A stretch of 64,000 bases of DNA, from assembly GCA_001599295.1 (NCBI GenBank), contig BCGN01000003.1, positions 1,302,001-1,366,000 on the forward strand, written 5' to 3'. A program made the position numbers and the translations under genes. The first letter of the stretch is position 1, and every line of letters begins with the position of its first letter. Shown here one piece after another: positions 1-10,768 of the stretch. Below the pieces are notes generated by a model that searched no databases, was not told where the DNA came from, and saw only the letters and a list, made by a program, of their open reading frames with translations. The DNA comes from Sporopachydermia quercuum (Eukaryota).

Positions 1-535
1 TTGGGACCCTCGTTGAAACTATGGGCTTCAGTATATGTAAGTGCTGCTTTACTGAATTAGGCTCCTTTGGGCCGTTTCTTTCCTACTTCCTATAGATTGC
101 TAAAGATTTTTATTTTGGTACTAACAATTTTTCTAGTTCTATGTTCATGTTCTGATGTTTGTCACTATTTATTTATTTAGTGGAGCTCAGAAGAAGAAGA
201 CAATAGCTTTCCTTGAGAAGTACTACCCGGCTGCAGAACCTTCACCAGCTCAAACAATTAAATCAACTAAACTTGCTGAAGTGCTGAAAGAGAAAGAAGA
301 TTATGAAAATAGTGAGCAAGTTTTCGGTGTCCCTGCTACTGGCTTCGATGAAATCGGCATGGATGAAGTGGTAGCTGATATAAATGAAGCTAGAAAGGCT
401 ATACAAGACTGGAAAGAAAGAAGAGGGTCTGTAGCGGAGGAACAAGCTGTGCGAAATGCTTTTACTCAGTTACGTAATGATGTGCAGTCAAGCCTTAAAG
501 GTGATTCTATTGCACCTGATAAGAAGGAAGATTAG
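1..535 (+). CDS. ALE1: Lysophospholipid acyltransferase (MBOAT) Ale1, 3' end only; exons <1..36 and 137..535
   Basis: Intron 37..136 (GTAAGT...ACTAAC...TAG) joins LGPSLKLWASVY to FYVHVLMF in frame. The C-terminus (FGVP...DWKERRGSVAEEQAVRNAF) resembles yeast Ale1. Confidence 0.8.
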
Positions 536-1291
536 TAATTATCTGTATATACTTGTCAAATGCTTGACTAATGATTATGATAGCCGTGTGCTACGTAGAT
601 GTAAGCTATGTTACATATAATGGTTGGATGTAAACCTGAAAGTCAACTCCAGTGCAGCTCGAGTTGTTATATTCAGCAGACTATACAATGCTTTTGGTCG
701 ATATATTACTGTCTTTATAGTAGGAGAGCTCTCTGAATAAACTGCCTTCCAATACAATAATATGATAAGAACACACATGATATAAACTAACTTGCACTTG
801 AATATGAGTATTACATCCAATCCATGTTTGATCCAAGAGTTCATGTGAATGATGAATTTACTCCAAAAGTATGTAGAAAAGATTTTGGTTCTCTTGATTT
901 GGGTTCTCAATTAAATTCAGTTCCAAATGCTCGGGGCCAAAGAGTTATATATATTGTGTCCTCTAATATCGCATTCAAATGCATATCGATAGAACAGGCT
1001 ATTATTTCTAACGCTTTGTATATCTATTTATATGTATAGGTAAAACAGTGTCAGTGCCGCAGAGAATACATCTTACATCTTTCTTTTGAGTACATCGTAT
1101 CAAAATGACAAGCGTTCTGGTACTAATTCATTTAACATTAAAAGCTTTCAGAAACCTTTTAATGATGACTCGTTGTTTCTGTTTTCTTATAGAAAAAGCC
1201 AAGTCTGATAGTAGTATGTCTTCTTCTATTCTGCCACATGCTTTCAAAACCCCATTAGTTGCAGTAGCAATCGAAAATAGGCTTATTTCAT

Positions 1292-2068
1292 TCACAGATC
1301 TTCATCCTCATCAAATAGATCCAAATTCACCTGCATTTTTGCTTCCCCATCCCCTCCACTCACACCATCATCAGTACCAAATGAAAATGAACCTCGGGTT
1401 CTCGAGCTTGGATTAAATGTAGTGTTTGCTTCTGGCTTGTACTCCTCTTCCTTTTTCTTCGACAGTTCAGGGTCTTTTACTAGCTCATCTGCATTCAAAG
1501 ACGCTATCGCAAGCATTCCTTTCCGTAAAGCATCTTCAGAAGGCCAAACAAAATTTGGAGGTCCTATAAATGAAGAATCGATCATTGGTGGAACGCTCGA
1601 GAATTTAGATAATCTCGAGGCATATTTCAATATCAATTCAACGTCTAGACCATTCTCTGAGGAGGTTTCAGAATTACCAGCAGTGTCGGTACTTTGATCA
1701 AAATCTTTACCACTGTTGCTATTGCTGTTTCCTGTAAACTCTGAGGCGGATTCTTTTTCGTAATCATCATTGGGTAACTCTCTTAGCTTCCGCCGGCAGT
1801 CAGCTAATGTTAGTATGGCTTCTTGAGTTATTGAATTCAGTCCTTGGTACTTTCCTTCAAGCTGTTTTATTCGTTTTCCTGTTTGCTGATGTTCTATTAG
1901 CTCGTCTACCGATTTGTATAGTTCTTTGTTACATTCGTTGAGTTCATGAGCTAGTTTAACACTGGGATTGAATTTTGATATAGAGAGCACCAGTCCAGCT
2001 AATGTAGTGTCAAACTTGTTCAGTAATGACAGAATGGACAATGCCACTTCTTTGTTTTCAGTTGACAT
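1292..2068 (-). CDS. MED4: Mediator subunit Med4
   Basis: 258-aa ORF with a coiled coil, ILKYASRLSKFS and FVWPSEDALRKGML motifs, and an acidic LDLFD C-terminus. Confidence 0.9.
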   Translation of the reverse strand: MSTENKEVALSILSLLNKFDTTLAGLVLSISKFNPSVKLAHELNECNKELYKSVDELIEHQQTGKRIKQLEGKYQGLNSITQEAILTLADCRRKLRELPNDDYEKESASEFTGNSNSNSGKDFDQSTDTAGNSETSSENGLDVELILKYASRLSKFSSVPPMIDSSFIGPPNFVWPSEDALRKGMLAIASLNADELVKDPELSKKKEEEYKPEANTTFNPSSRTRGSFSFGTDDGVSGGDGEAKMQVNLDLFDEDEDL

Positions 2069-3260
2069 AATGAATCAATGTTTTAGTTGATTTAAGAGTG
2101 ACAGCAATGGCGATAGCAATAGCGATGATGGTAAGATGTGTTTGATAATGTTGATATAAGACATAAGATGGTCGATTAGATTCTAGGTAATAGGAGATGC
2201 CAATTACCTTTTGTTACACAACAAATGAGCTGCCTGTAGGGAGTTAATCAAACTGCAATATAAACTGACACATCGCAGTTGCTGCTAAGCAATATTAATT
2301 GGCTATTAGTATTCAATCATCTATCTAGAACAAATTCCAGCATACATCTCATAATCCTTTGTCCTTTCAGTCAATAACCAGTTTAAGCAATTCAATTGGA
2401 AATCAACGTCAATGTCGAGTAGTGAACCGGAAGTACAGATGGATAACATGAACCGGATAGATTCTGGACATGCTGATGTCCACTTTGTTAGATGTGAGCC
2501 AGTGGTATAACTGAATGAACTGGCATTAGTTAACGTTAATTTTAACTTCAACTGCATGCTCAACCGCAAGATGGTTGCAACTAATAAACAAAACTACTTC
2601 TAAATAACAAGATCAAAATATATTTCAATCAAAATCAACTGCATAGTAATTATATACCTCTTCATTTCCTCCATTCATCATCCGGTCCATTATGCCAATA
2701 CCCTGTATAACCGTCCGCTAATCGACAGCTCCCCCTCGCATCTTTGTCTATTTCCTTCCGGACAGTCAATTTTTTCACTTTGAATTACAAGGGAATCTAT
2801 TGATGATAAAGGAGCGAGAAGTGGTTGGGACAGAATAGTTGGAACCTTCTACTGAACAGATTGTTGATTGATTCATTGATTAGCTCGTTGGATCTTTGAA
2901 TAGGATAAACGGAGTTGTAGCCTATTTGTAAATGCCTCTAGATTGTATGATAGGAAAGTGATTGTTGTACTATTAAATAACTATCAATAGTCAGTCGGAG
3001 AGGAAAGACACATAGATCGATAGGTATAGGTTTAGTATCAGATTCGGTTCTTCGTTTCTGCTAGAGTATTTCATATTTTACACCAGAAATCAAGCAATAG
3101 AATTGGTTGATTCAATATCAGTTTATTGAGAAAGAGAACACATCAACAGGATCAGTAGCATTCAGAACAGCTTTTTTATAGTGAGTGCCTCAGGTCACAA
3201 GTACAAGTGCAGCATAGCATATCAGGTAATGATACAACTCAGTACAATCTAATATAATAT

Positions 3261-3325
3261 ACTACAATACAACACAACACAACACAACACAACACAACAC
3301 AACACAACACAATACAATACAATAC
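3261..3325 (+). repeat. Pentanucleotide microsatellite (CACAA/TACAA)n directly 5' of the TIM22 ATG
   Basis: About 13 tandem units visible in the sequence. Confidence 0.95.
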
Positions 3326-3326
3326 G

Positions 3327-4103
3327 ATGAATAGCGAAGGACAAGGTGTAGGGGTGACCGCCTATCTGATCCCAAAACCAAAGAAGAATTATGGAGAAAT
3401 GACACCGGAAGAACAAGCAGAAGCTGGTGCTCTTGCAATGATGAATTTTATGCAATCATGTCCTGGTAAATCAATCTTTGCTGGTGTCACTGGATTTGCT
3501 TTAGGNGGTGTTTTTGGTTTGTTTATGGCTAGTATGTCCTACGATGCTCCTGGTGTTGGTATGGGTCAAAAGAACCCTATTTCAGATTTGCCTTTCAAAC
3601 AACAAATGAAAATTCAATTTACAGATATGGGGAAACGTTCATGGTCTAGTGCTAAGAATTTTGGTTATCTTGGTTTTGTTTTCACTGGTGTCGAGTGTTC
3701 TATTGAATCTGTAAGTGTTGTTAGATTTGCCGGTAGAGCTTCAGTAGTTCAGAAACTATTTAAGCCGTCATGTATATATAGTATTCATAATACTAACATT
3801 GAATAGCTGAGAGCTAAGAATGATATCTACAATGGAGTTGCTGCTGGTTGTTTGACTGGTGGAGGATTGGCTATTAAATCAGGACCTCAAGCAGCTTTAT
3901 TAGGATGTGCAGGGTTTGCAGCATTTTCTACAGCAAGTAAGTAACTGGACATTAGGTGTTGATGGCGCTATTAGTTTATATTTTGGAGGCTGTGCTATAT
4001 GGCAGCAGTTCTAAGAACAATCACTAACCTATTTTTTCCTGCAGTTGATTTATACATGAGAAGTGATGAAGCCCCACCTCCGGCCAACGATTATGATTCA
4101 TAG
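3327..4103 (+). CDS. TIM22: Mitochondrial inner membrane translocase Tim22; exons 3327..3710, 3807..3936, 4045..4103
   Basis: SCPGKS...[15 protein letters not shown] and SSAKNFG motifs. The spliced product continues [16 protein letters not shown] and AFSTA|IDLYMR across canonical GTAAGT/CTAAC/YAG introns. Confidence 0.95.
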
Positions 4104-4507
4104 AGTAAGAACGGCTGCCGATGATAGTGCATTTGAAGGTGAGAAGAAACAATAAAGGAACGGAGATAAAGGAAGGATAGAAGAATCAAGAACTTGTATA
4201 TAGATGGTAGATCTAGAGGGAAGATAGTTTAATGGATAAAGAGGTGATAATGGACGGTAACGTTAATTGTATGTGATGTAGGAAGAATACGAACAGGAAT
4301 AGGAATAATAATAGGAATAGTGATTGAGGCATGAGCCTGGAATAAGAATGTATTAAGAATATTATTACACTTGTCATAAGGATTGAATATAAGTTGATGG
4401 CTAATGGTTTAAATTGTTGGTACTTTTTGGTATGCTTTGTTCCTGTTTCGTTTCGTAGTATTGATACGTTTTTATATTGATACAATTGGTCGTCGAATCT
4501 TTTAATG

Positions 4508-6490
4508 CTATCGTATGACTAGGTGCGCCACTCTTTCATTCATACTAGGGATAGATAGAAAGACAATAGCAACAAAGATTAAAAGCATTGTTAGCAAAGG
4601 ACTGTTTAGTATCACCAGCATTGTTGGTTGACGGTTCAGCTTGCTGTGTATATTTGATCGCTGAGCCTCTTCTATTCTTCTTCTTTCGTCCTCTTTCTCT
4701 TCTTCCTCAAGCACATTTTCTAAAGTTTCCAATATCTTATTGATGTCAACATTGTTGGTTAATTTGTTAATACCAACATTTAAAACATTTTCACCATATT
4801 TCAAAGGCTTAAACATTTCTTGATGTTTCTTTGTAGTACTAGTTCTTCCTTTACCTGTGGAACCTTCTATGCGTGTAGTGAAAACATCACCATCATTCTT
4901 GCTGTTACTATCGTCAAATACGCCATCCTTTCCAAACATAGGATCAGCCTTCATCTCTCGATACCTCTTGAGCAATATTGATTTGGAAGTAGTCAATCCT
5001 TTCCTAATGCTACTATCCTTACTTCTGAGAGGACTAGGCTGCTTCAAAATTAAGCTCTCTTGCCTTTGGATGTCTTGCTTCAAGTCCAAAACAGCTTCTC
5101 TGATTGCCAGATAGTCAAGTTCCAAATCTTCCAGTATTCTTCTGCGATCTGCTGAAGATTGTACTATACCTTCTTCGGGGATTGTAGAGTTGCCCATGGT
5201 AATCGATGTAGCCATTGTTGAGTTGGTAGTGTTGGTCGCATCGGTGAAAAAAAGTAGAGAATCGTGTGGTTTACCACTGCTTGTATTAGAAGGAGGAGTT
5301 TCTATGTTAGCCATTTTCTGGAGGAACGTTTTATGTGATTGGAAAGATCCATGGGCAAAGACATCTTTAAAAGGAGATCCCATTAGTTTTTCTGGAGTCC
5401 TTGGGGATGTAGGAGTTCTTGGTCCTGAAAATGATGAGCTCTCTGAGTCTTCGTAGTTGAAATAGTTAGCTTTTTTGTCTGGATTGCTTGTATTGCTTCT
5501 TGTTTCGCTTCTATCACTTTTATTGTGTATTAACCTGGGTCTTTCTTTCAGTATAGAACCTGCAAATGATTTATTTGTTGTTAGTTTCCTGACTAAATGC
5601 TCATCCTTGAAGAAATTTAATTCTAATTCTTCATCATCTGATAGATTCTGCGTAGCTTTAAATGAGTTATTTTTACCATCAAGAGACAATGAATATGCTT
5701 TTGCTTGCTGACGGAGTTTTCTAGCTGTTATTGGCGATAGTACGTTAGCATCCTCATTGAAAAAGGTAGGTTTATAGTTCTCATTATCAGAAGTGTTATC
5801 ACCTAGAGACGGAGATCCATAATCGGTCGTCCTGTGGATATTTTGCTGATGGCTATCATGGTTTTGGTTACCATTATTAAGGTTAAGGATATGATGTGTA
5901 TTGTCTCCTCCATCAAGTGACGGTGTTCTTTTCAAGTCAGGTAATGGAGAAATGGGCTGAACGAGTGCTCCATACCAAGAAATGGGTCTTCTTTTACGGA
6001 CAGAATTATTTTTCCTTGCAGGTTCTGGTGCTCTTTCTCGGTTGGCTCTTTCGGTAATATTAATGGGCTTCAGCTTCACTGTGTCTTTATAATCAAACAG
6101 ACGGCTAAGTTTATTCCATTCGACTTGTCCATGTCTAGTTGGGAAGGTGTCATTGCTAGTGTTTGATGTGTTTGCCGGTGAAGTCATTGATCCTGCACTA
6201 GTGTTAGTCAAGATACTTTTTGTAGGAGTCAATAGAGAATTCTGTGGGATAGTGGTCTTGTGGTTATGAGAGCTCTCTGGCTGATCATTGTCAGCAAACA
6301 GATTGTCCTGGTCAGAGTTACTTGCAGCGGTATTTTTGTTGTTTAGTTCTGCTTGTTGAACACTGACATCTTGCGACTTTTCCAGTTGTATGTCAAATGA
6401 TAAATTGTTGAATACATGCGATATTGCTTGGATTGGATCGTCAGATAGTACTTCTGAGTCAGGCTGGCCGTGATCCTCTAGTTGATCCAT
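4508..6490 (-). CDS. Uncharacterised ~660-aa protein: disordered and S/T-P rich, with coiled coils and a C-terminal transmembrane tail anchor
   Basis: Long ORF with first ATG at 6490 (MDQLEDH; the track's 6604 start is non-ATG). It ends LLTMLLIFVAIVFLSI plus a short tail and has several S/T-P-x-K/R sites. Confidence 0.8.
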   Translation of the reverse strand: MDQLEDHGQPDSEVLSDDPIQAISHVFNNLSFDIQLEKSQDVSVQQAELNNKNTAASNSDQDNLFADNDQPESSHNHKTTIPQNSLLTPTKSILTNTSAGSMTSPANTSNTSNDTFPTRHGQVEWNKLSRLFDYKDTVKLKPINITERANRERAPEPARKNNSVRKRRPISWYGALVQPISPLPDLKRTPSLDGGDNTHHILNLNNGNQNHDSHQQNIHRTTDYGSPSLGDNTSDNENYKPTFFNEDANVLSPITARKLRQQAKAYSLSLDGKNNSFKATQNLSDDEELELNFFKDEHLVRKLTTNKSFAGSILKERPRLIHNKSDRSETRSNTSNPDKKANYFNYEDSESSSFSGPRTPTSPRTPEKLMGSPFKDVFAHGSFQSHKTFLQKMANIETPPSNTSSGKPHDSLLFFTDATNTTNSTMATSITMGNSTIPEEGIVQSSADRRRILEDLELDYLAIREAVLDLKQDIQRQESLILKQPSPLRSKDSSIRKGLTTSKSILLKRYREMKADPMFGKDGVFDDSNSKNDGDVFTTRIEGSTGKGRTSTTKKHQEMFKPLKYGENVLNVGINKLTNNVDINKILETLENVLEEEEKEDERRRIEEAQRSNIHSKLNRQPTMLVILNSPLLTMLLIFVAIVFLSIPSMNERVAHLVIR

Positions 6491-6809
6491 TATGATTCGT
6501 GTTGCTTCTATGTATTTTGGCTGTGACCAGAAAACCAAACTGTAAGAATCCACTTTGCTGGTGGTTGACCTTTCGATATCTCTTCGCTTGACGGTGATCT
6601 CCAAGCAAGCTTCTGCTATTCGTAATTATATTCTAAGCCTGCAATTGGGAATGATCCAACTCCGTCTTCTAGCTACTTCTTCTGCTTATTTTTACCACCA
6701 ATGGTTATTCATTTATGCATAAACACCAAAACAAGATACCATGCTCTGCTTGACTATGAGCGAAAATATAGACGGATAAATGGTAGCAAACGAAAACTAC
6801 AAGTGAGAG

Positions 6810-6857
6810 CTGAGAATTGAGAATTGAGAATTGAGGATTGAGGATTGAGAACTGAGA
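6810..6857 (+). repeat. Heptamer tandem repeat (GAGAATT/GAGGATT)n
   Basis: About 6 units read directly. Confidence 0.9.
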
Positions 6858-6924
6858 CCGCTGCAAAACAAGAGCAACGAATTCTTCGCGCTGAAAGTTT
6901 GTTTCAAGCCAGTTAGATAGCAAA

Positions 6925-7050
6925 TTGAGCTTTTGGCAGCTTCCTTGTAATTAATCAGGATCTCTCTGTAATCAACGAACTGCTATCGCGACGTACTATT
7001 ACCATCAATATCTATATACTCAGTACTTCCAGAAGCTGCCAAAAGGTCAA
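6925..7050. repeat. 19-bp inverted repeat (1 mismatch) with an 88-bp spacer
   Basis: TTGAGCTTTTGGCAGCTTC (6925-6943) pairs with GAAGCTGCCAAAAGGTCAA (7032-7050). Confidence 0.85.
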
Positions 7051-7504
7051 AAGATAAACCAATCGTAGAAAACTGTCTCTTTTTCTTTTTCTGTGTGAAC
7101 TTTGAATCAGACACAAAAGAATCGATTAAAGAATGCTTTGTATGTACATGTTAAATACATAGACATCCAAAATATGGTTTGAAACCTTAAGTCTGTTTTC
7201 AGTAAGGCATAAATAGGAACGTCCATAGATCGAAAACATGAAAGGAGAAGTTAAAGCAAGAGAAACTAACGGAAAAGAGCATTTTTTTCACAAGTAAATA
7301 ATAAATGATTGGTAAAGTTTATAATAATCATGTTATTTAGTTAGTCCGTTCGCTACGAAGTACTGATATCAAATTAATATGTAAACTCACTCCGACAGCT
7401 GGATCTGATAGAGGTGTAGAGTTCACCTAAATAGGAAATTTACATGTTAATGATAATATGCATGACTATGCATAAAACCAAATTAGGCTGCGCGATTGGC
7501 AAAG

Positions 7505-7533
7505 ACGCGTAGCATCTTGTTNAAGATACGCGT
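7505..7533. promoter_or_regulatory. Paired MCB (ACGCGT) elements
   Basis: ACGCGT at 7505-7510 and 7528-7533, about 1 kb upstream of the 4508..6490 gene. Confidence 0.5.
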
Positions 7534-8019
7534 TATAGGACATTCTTCACATGCCAACCGAAAGGACTGAAAAATTATTACTAGAACTGACCGTAGAAGA
7601 TATAAGTATCCGGGATGATAGCCGTAAGAGTAGTTGGATGCATTATATCGAATTGCCCTATTAACGTGAGGGCCCTGTTGAAAGGGAGTGAAAGGTACAC
7701 GAGTAGCCTCTCTGTCATATTTTTGGTCACGCTTATGTAATTATGTAGATGCAGACATTGTACAATTGTAGAATTGATAGGCTAGCTAAGATGAGGATCG
7801 CTAGATAATTCATAACAATGTTCTGGATAGTCATTGCCTCGTTGGAGATAGTAAAGATGAGATGCTAGTTTGTTTGTCTTTTGGAGGAATAGGTCGAAGA
7901 GCTGACATTACTGTTGATATATTGAACCAGGTATCACGATTGGTTCCTGTGCTGGATAATAGATCATCTAGAATAACAAGCAATCAGCTCCCAATAGTAA
8001 CGACTTCTTTTGCTGTTGT

Positions 8020-9672
8020 TCACTCAAAATTGAAAGTAGTAGCTTCCTTCTGATCAGAAGCTCCAAAACGAAATACTTCATGGTCGGCGTCTATCATTGG
8101 CTCTACATTCATGTCGATACCTAGAACATCATCATCCTCTTCACTGAAATAATTATCCAGGACCCTATTTGCAGCATCAAAAATGTCCATGTTTTCACTG
8201 GCCAGCAACTCATTGAACTTGCTAGTTCCATTCTCTTCTGCAACCTTCATCGCATAACGATTGTACGGTAGTTGCTTCGATATTTTCTCTTTTTCCCCTG
8301 AAATTAGAATATTCTCCAATGCAATCAAACAGATACTTGACATTCTCACATCTCTAACATCCAATGCTTCGTACAACGGTTTGATGCATCCTTGATTAAC
8401 AATGTATTCAATTTGGCCAGATTTTGCTAATCCGCCTGTTGACAAATTAGTAATCACCCAAGCACTTTCAGCTCGTACGTTTACGTCAGAGGATTCAATT
8501 AGCTTCACCACTTTAGGTATCAAATCTGATTCAATAAGTGCTTCAATTTGATAGTTATTTCCCGCGCCAATATTACTCAACGCCCAACAAACTTCCCTTT
8601 GAACGTCGTATTTAGATGAATCCAGTAACTTTTTAAGTGCATTGAGACATCCGCAATTGATGATAATTTGAGTCTGAAAATCATCTCCACTGACAATATT
8701 TCCAACGGCTCTTAGTACAGGTGAGTGAATTTCATACTTTTCATGGCCTAGCAGTTCAACTAAACGTCTAGGAATACCAGCATCAATGAGATTCTGTATT
8801 TGCTCGGGTGAACCTTCAGAGTAGCGTGCAATACACCAACAGGCATCCACTAGTAACTCTTCATCAACTGAATAGATTAACTGAGCAAATGCTGGTACAG
8901 CAATAGAAATTTTTTCCCAATCAGGACTCGGATTCTTACCTCGGCAGAAATTACTTATAACCCAGGTACAGAGTCTTAGCGATCTGATTTTTGATGATGT
9001 ATTCAATATCCTAAGTAGATAAGGCAAAACACCATAACTGAATACAACATCTCTGAAATTGCAGGAATCACCTGTTATATTGCCCAGAGCCCAAATTGCT
9101 TGTTCCATAATCTCAACATTAGAATGTCTAATCAGTTTCACTAGTTTAGGGATACATCCAGCATCTACCAAAGCTTTCACGTTCATACTATCGCCAGATG
9201 CAATATTGGTGATGCACCAAACAATATACACTAATAGATCCACCTTTTCAGACTCTAGTAAGCTCACAAGACATGGAATTACTTCGTATTCACAGTAAAG
9301 CTGAACCGGAAATTTGGGCCGTAATAGTTGTTCCCTAATTCTCTTGACGGCTTCCAATTGAGTCTCCAACTTGTTTGATAATAAACCAACGTGTATTGAC
9401 GATATTTCTCTTTTCAGGCTACCTTCTTCATTTGTATAGTCAATAGCTTTATTTAAATCTTCGTCGTCACTGTCGGTAAAGAAAGCCGATAAAGAGAATT
9501 CATCCTTGATATTTCGACGTTTAGCAAGATTTTGAAACCTTCGAGTTTTTCTAATTTCTACTTGGGTCTCTTCATGGCGTTTCCTCACCTCGGAAGGGCT
9601 GAACAAATCCCTGTTCTTATATCCACGTCTTCTATGCTCTGGAACATATCTTTGTATTGAGTCACTTTCCAT
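8020..9672 (-). CDS. Importin-alpha (karyopherin alpha, Srp1 family); divergent and intronless
   Basis: IBB domain (VPEHRR...VEIRK...LAKRRN), ARM repeats with a WxxxN ladder (WALGNITGD, WVISNFCRGKNP, LRAVGNIV), and a C-terminal FNF. Confidence 0.93.
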   Translation of the reverse strand: MESDSIQRYVPEHRRRGYKNRDLFSPSEVRKRHEETQVEIRKTRRFQNLAKRRNIKDEFSLSAFFTDSDDEDLNKAIDYTNEEGSLKREISSIHVGLLSNKLETQLEAVKRIREQLLRPKFPVQLYCEYEVIPCLVSLLESEKVDLLVYIVWCITNIASGDSMNVKALVDAGCIPKLVKLIRHSNVEIMEQAIWALGNITGDSCNFRDVVFSYGVLPYLLRILNTSSKIRSLRLCTWVISNFCRGKNPSPDWEKISIAVPAFAQLIYSVDEELLVDACWCIARYSEGSPEQIQNLIDAGIPRRLVELLGHEKYEIHSPVLRAVGNIVSGDDFQTQIIINCGCLNALKKLLDSSKYDVQREVCWALSNIGAGNNYQIEALIESDLIPKVVKLIESSDVNVRAESAWVITNLSTGGLAKSGQIEYIVNQGCIKPLYEALDVRDVRMSSICLIALENILISGEKEKISKQLPYNRYAMKVAEENGTSKFNELLASENMDIFDAANRVLDNYFSEEDDDVLGIDMNVEPMIDADHEVFRFGASDQKEATTFNFE

Positions 9673-10768
9673 ATCTGGTTAGAGCTCAAAATATTTATAT
9701 ATAATGTAAATAGTTCAAATGAATTTTATCTGCAACTAATCTTATCACTTAGTTATCTTAGAAGACGTAGAAGGTTGAATGCAACAAGGGTATACTTTTC
9801 TGATACCAAACAATGGATCTGTTCAAGGCTTATCATTTAGACGAACAAGTATCACCAAAAATGTCTTAGAAGTGCCAATCGTTTAGCCTTTGTTGTTATT
9901 GTTATGTTACCATTCAAACTGTGGTTTGCTCTATATTGAAGGTCAGATGATGGCTTTGTTGTTCTCCCAGACAAAATCCGTCTCTAACCTCAGTCTCTTC
10001 CAAAAGGTTCCAACTAACAACTAAGTTACCACCACTATTCTCATCAGTGAAAACTGTCATAAATGTTTTCTACGTGCACTGGTCTCTATCACATTCAAGT
10101 TCAGTTTGATCCGAAGATCAACCAAACATTTGACGTAAGAACAAGTAACCGTGGAGAAATGAAAATGCACTCCCACGCAAGATAAAGAATAAGCTTGATG
10201 TATACATAATTGTGCATAACAAAGTATATTTACGTACAAACAACTTACTATTCAATCTGGTACATGCATCATGTATAAATATGTAGCTATGTGCGAGATA
10301 GACTCCATCGGGAAAATGAATCTTAGTAGCACATCTCATCGCAAACTCAATTCATTTGTTTGTGGAGTAATTCAATTACAATTGCACCATTGTTTCTCTC
10401 TGCTTTTCTTCTTTTTCATTTTTTCATTCCTTCTGTTCTCCTCACTGCAAGTTGTTTGGATAGCTCTGTTTATCTTTTGCAAAGCNATTGGATTTATCTC
10501 CAATGATAATTATTCGATATATTTGCTTGGCAGATAGCTGGTTGGATAGGCCCTACTATGTTCTATTCATTCAAGTGACCCATCATATTCGTTAAGAATC
10601 ATCTTTGAGATATAATTTAAGTTACTGTCTTTCTCATTTCCGGTGATATATCACAAGACCACAAGCTGAGTAGCCACTGATACTTTGAATTCAAGGTCAG
10701 TAGATATTTGGAGCAAATTTGATGTGGAAGTTCATTTTACTGAACAGGTTTCTTATCTAATCGTGCTA

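Noticed and set aside
611..1291. Short ORFs between the ALE1 and MED4 3' ends
   Set aside because: Mostly non-ATG starts and no homology cues; consistent with convergent 3'UTR/terminator sequence.
3807..3809. Alternative CUG decoding (Ser or Ala)
   Set aside because: CTG aligns with conserved Leu in TIM22, APN1 and MSH6.
7140..7277. Plus-strand GTATGT...ACTAAC...AAG intron-like signal in an intergenic region
   Set aside because: There are no flanking coding exons, and such matches are expected by chance in AT-rich DNA.
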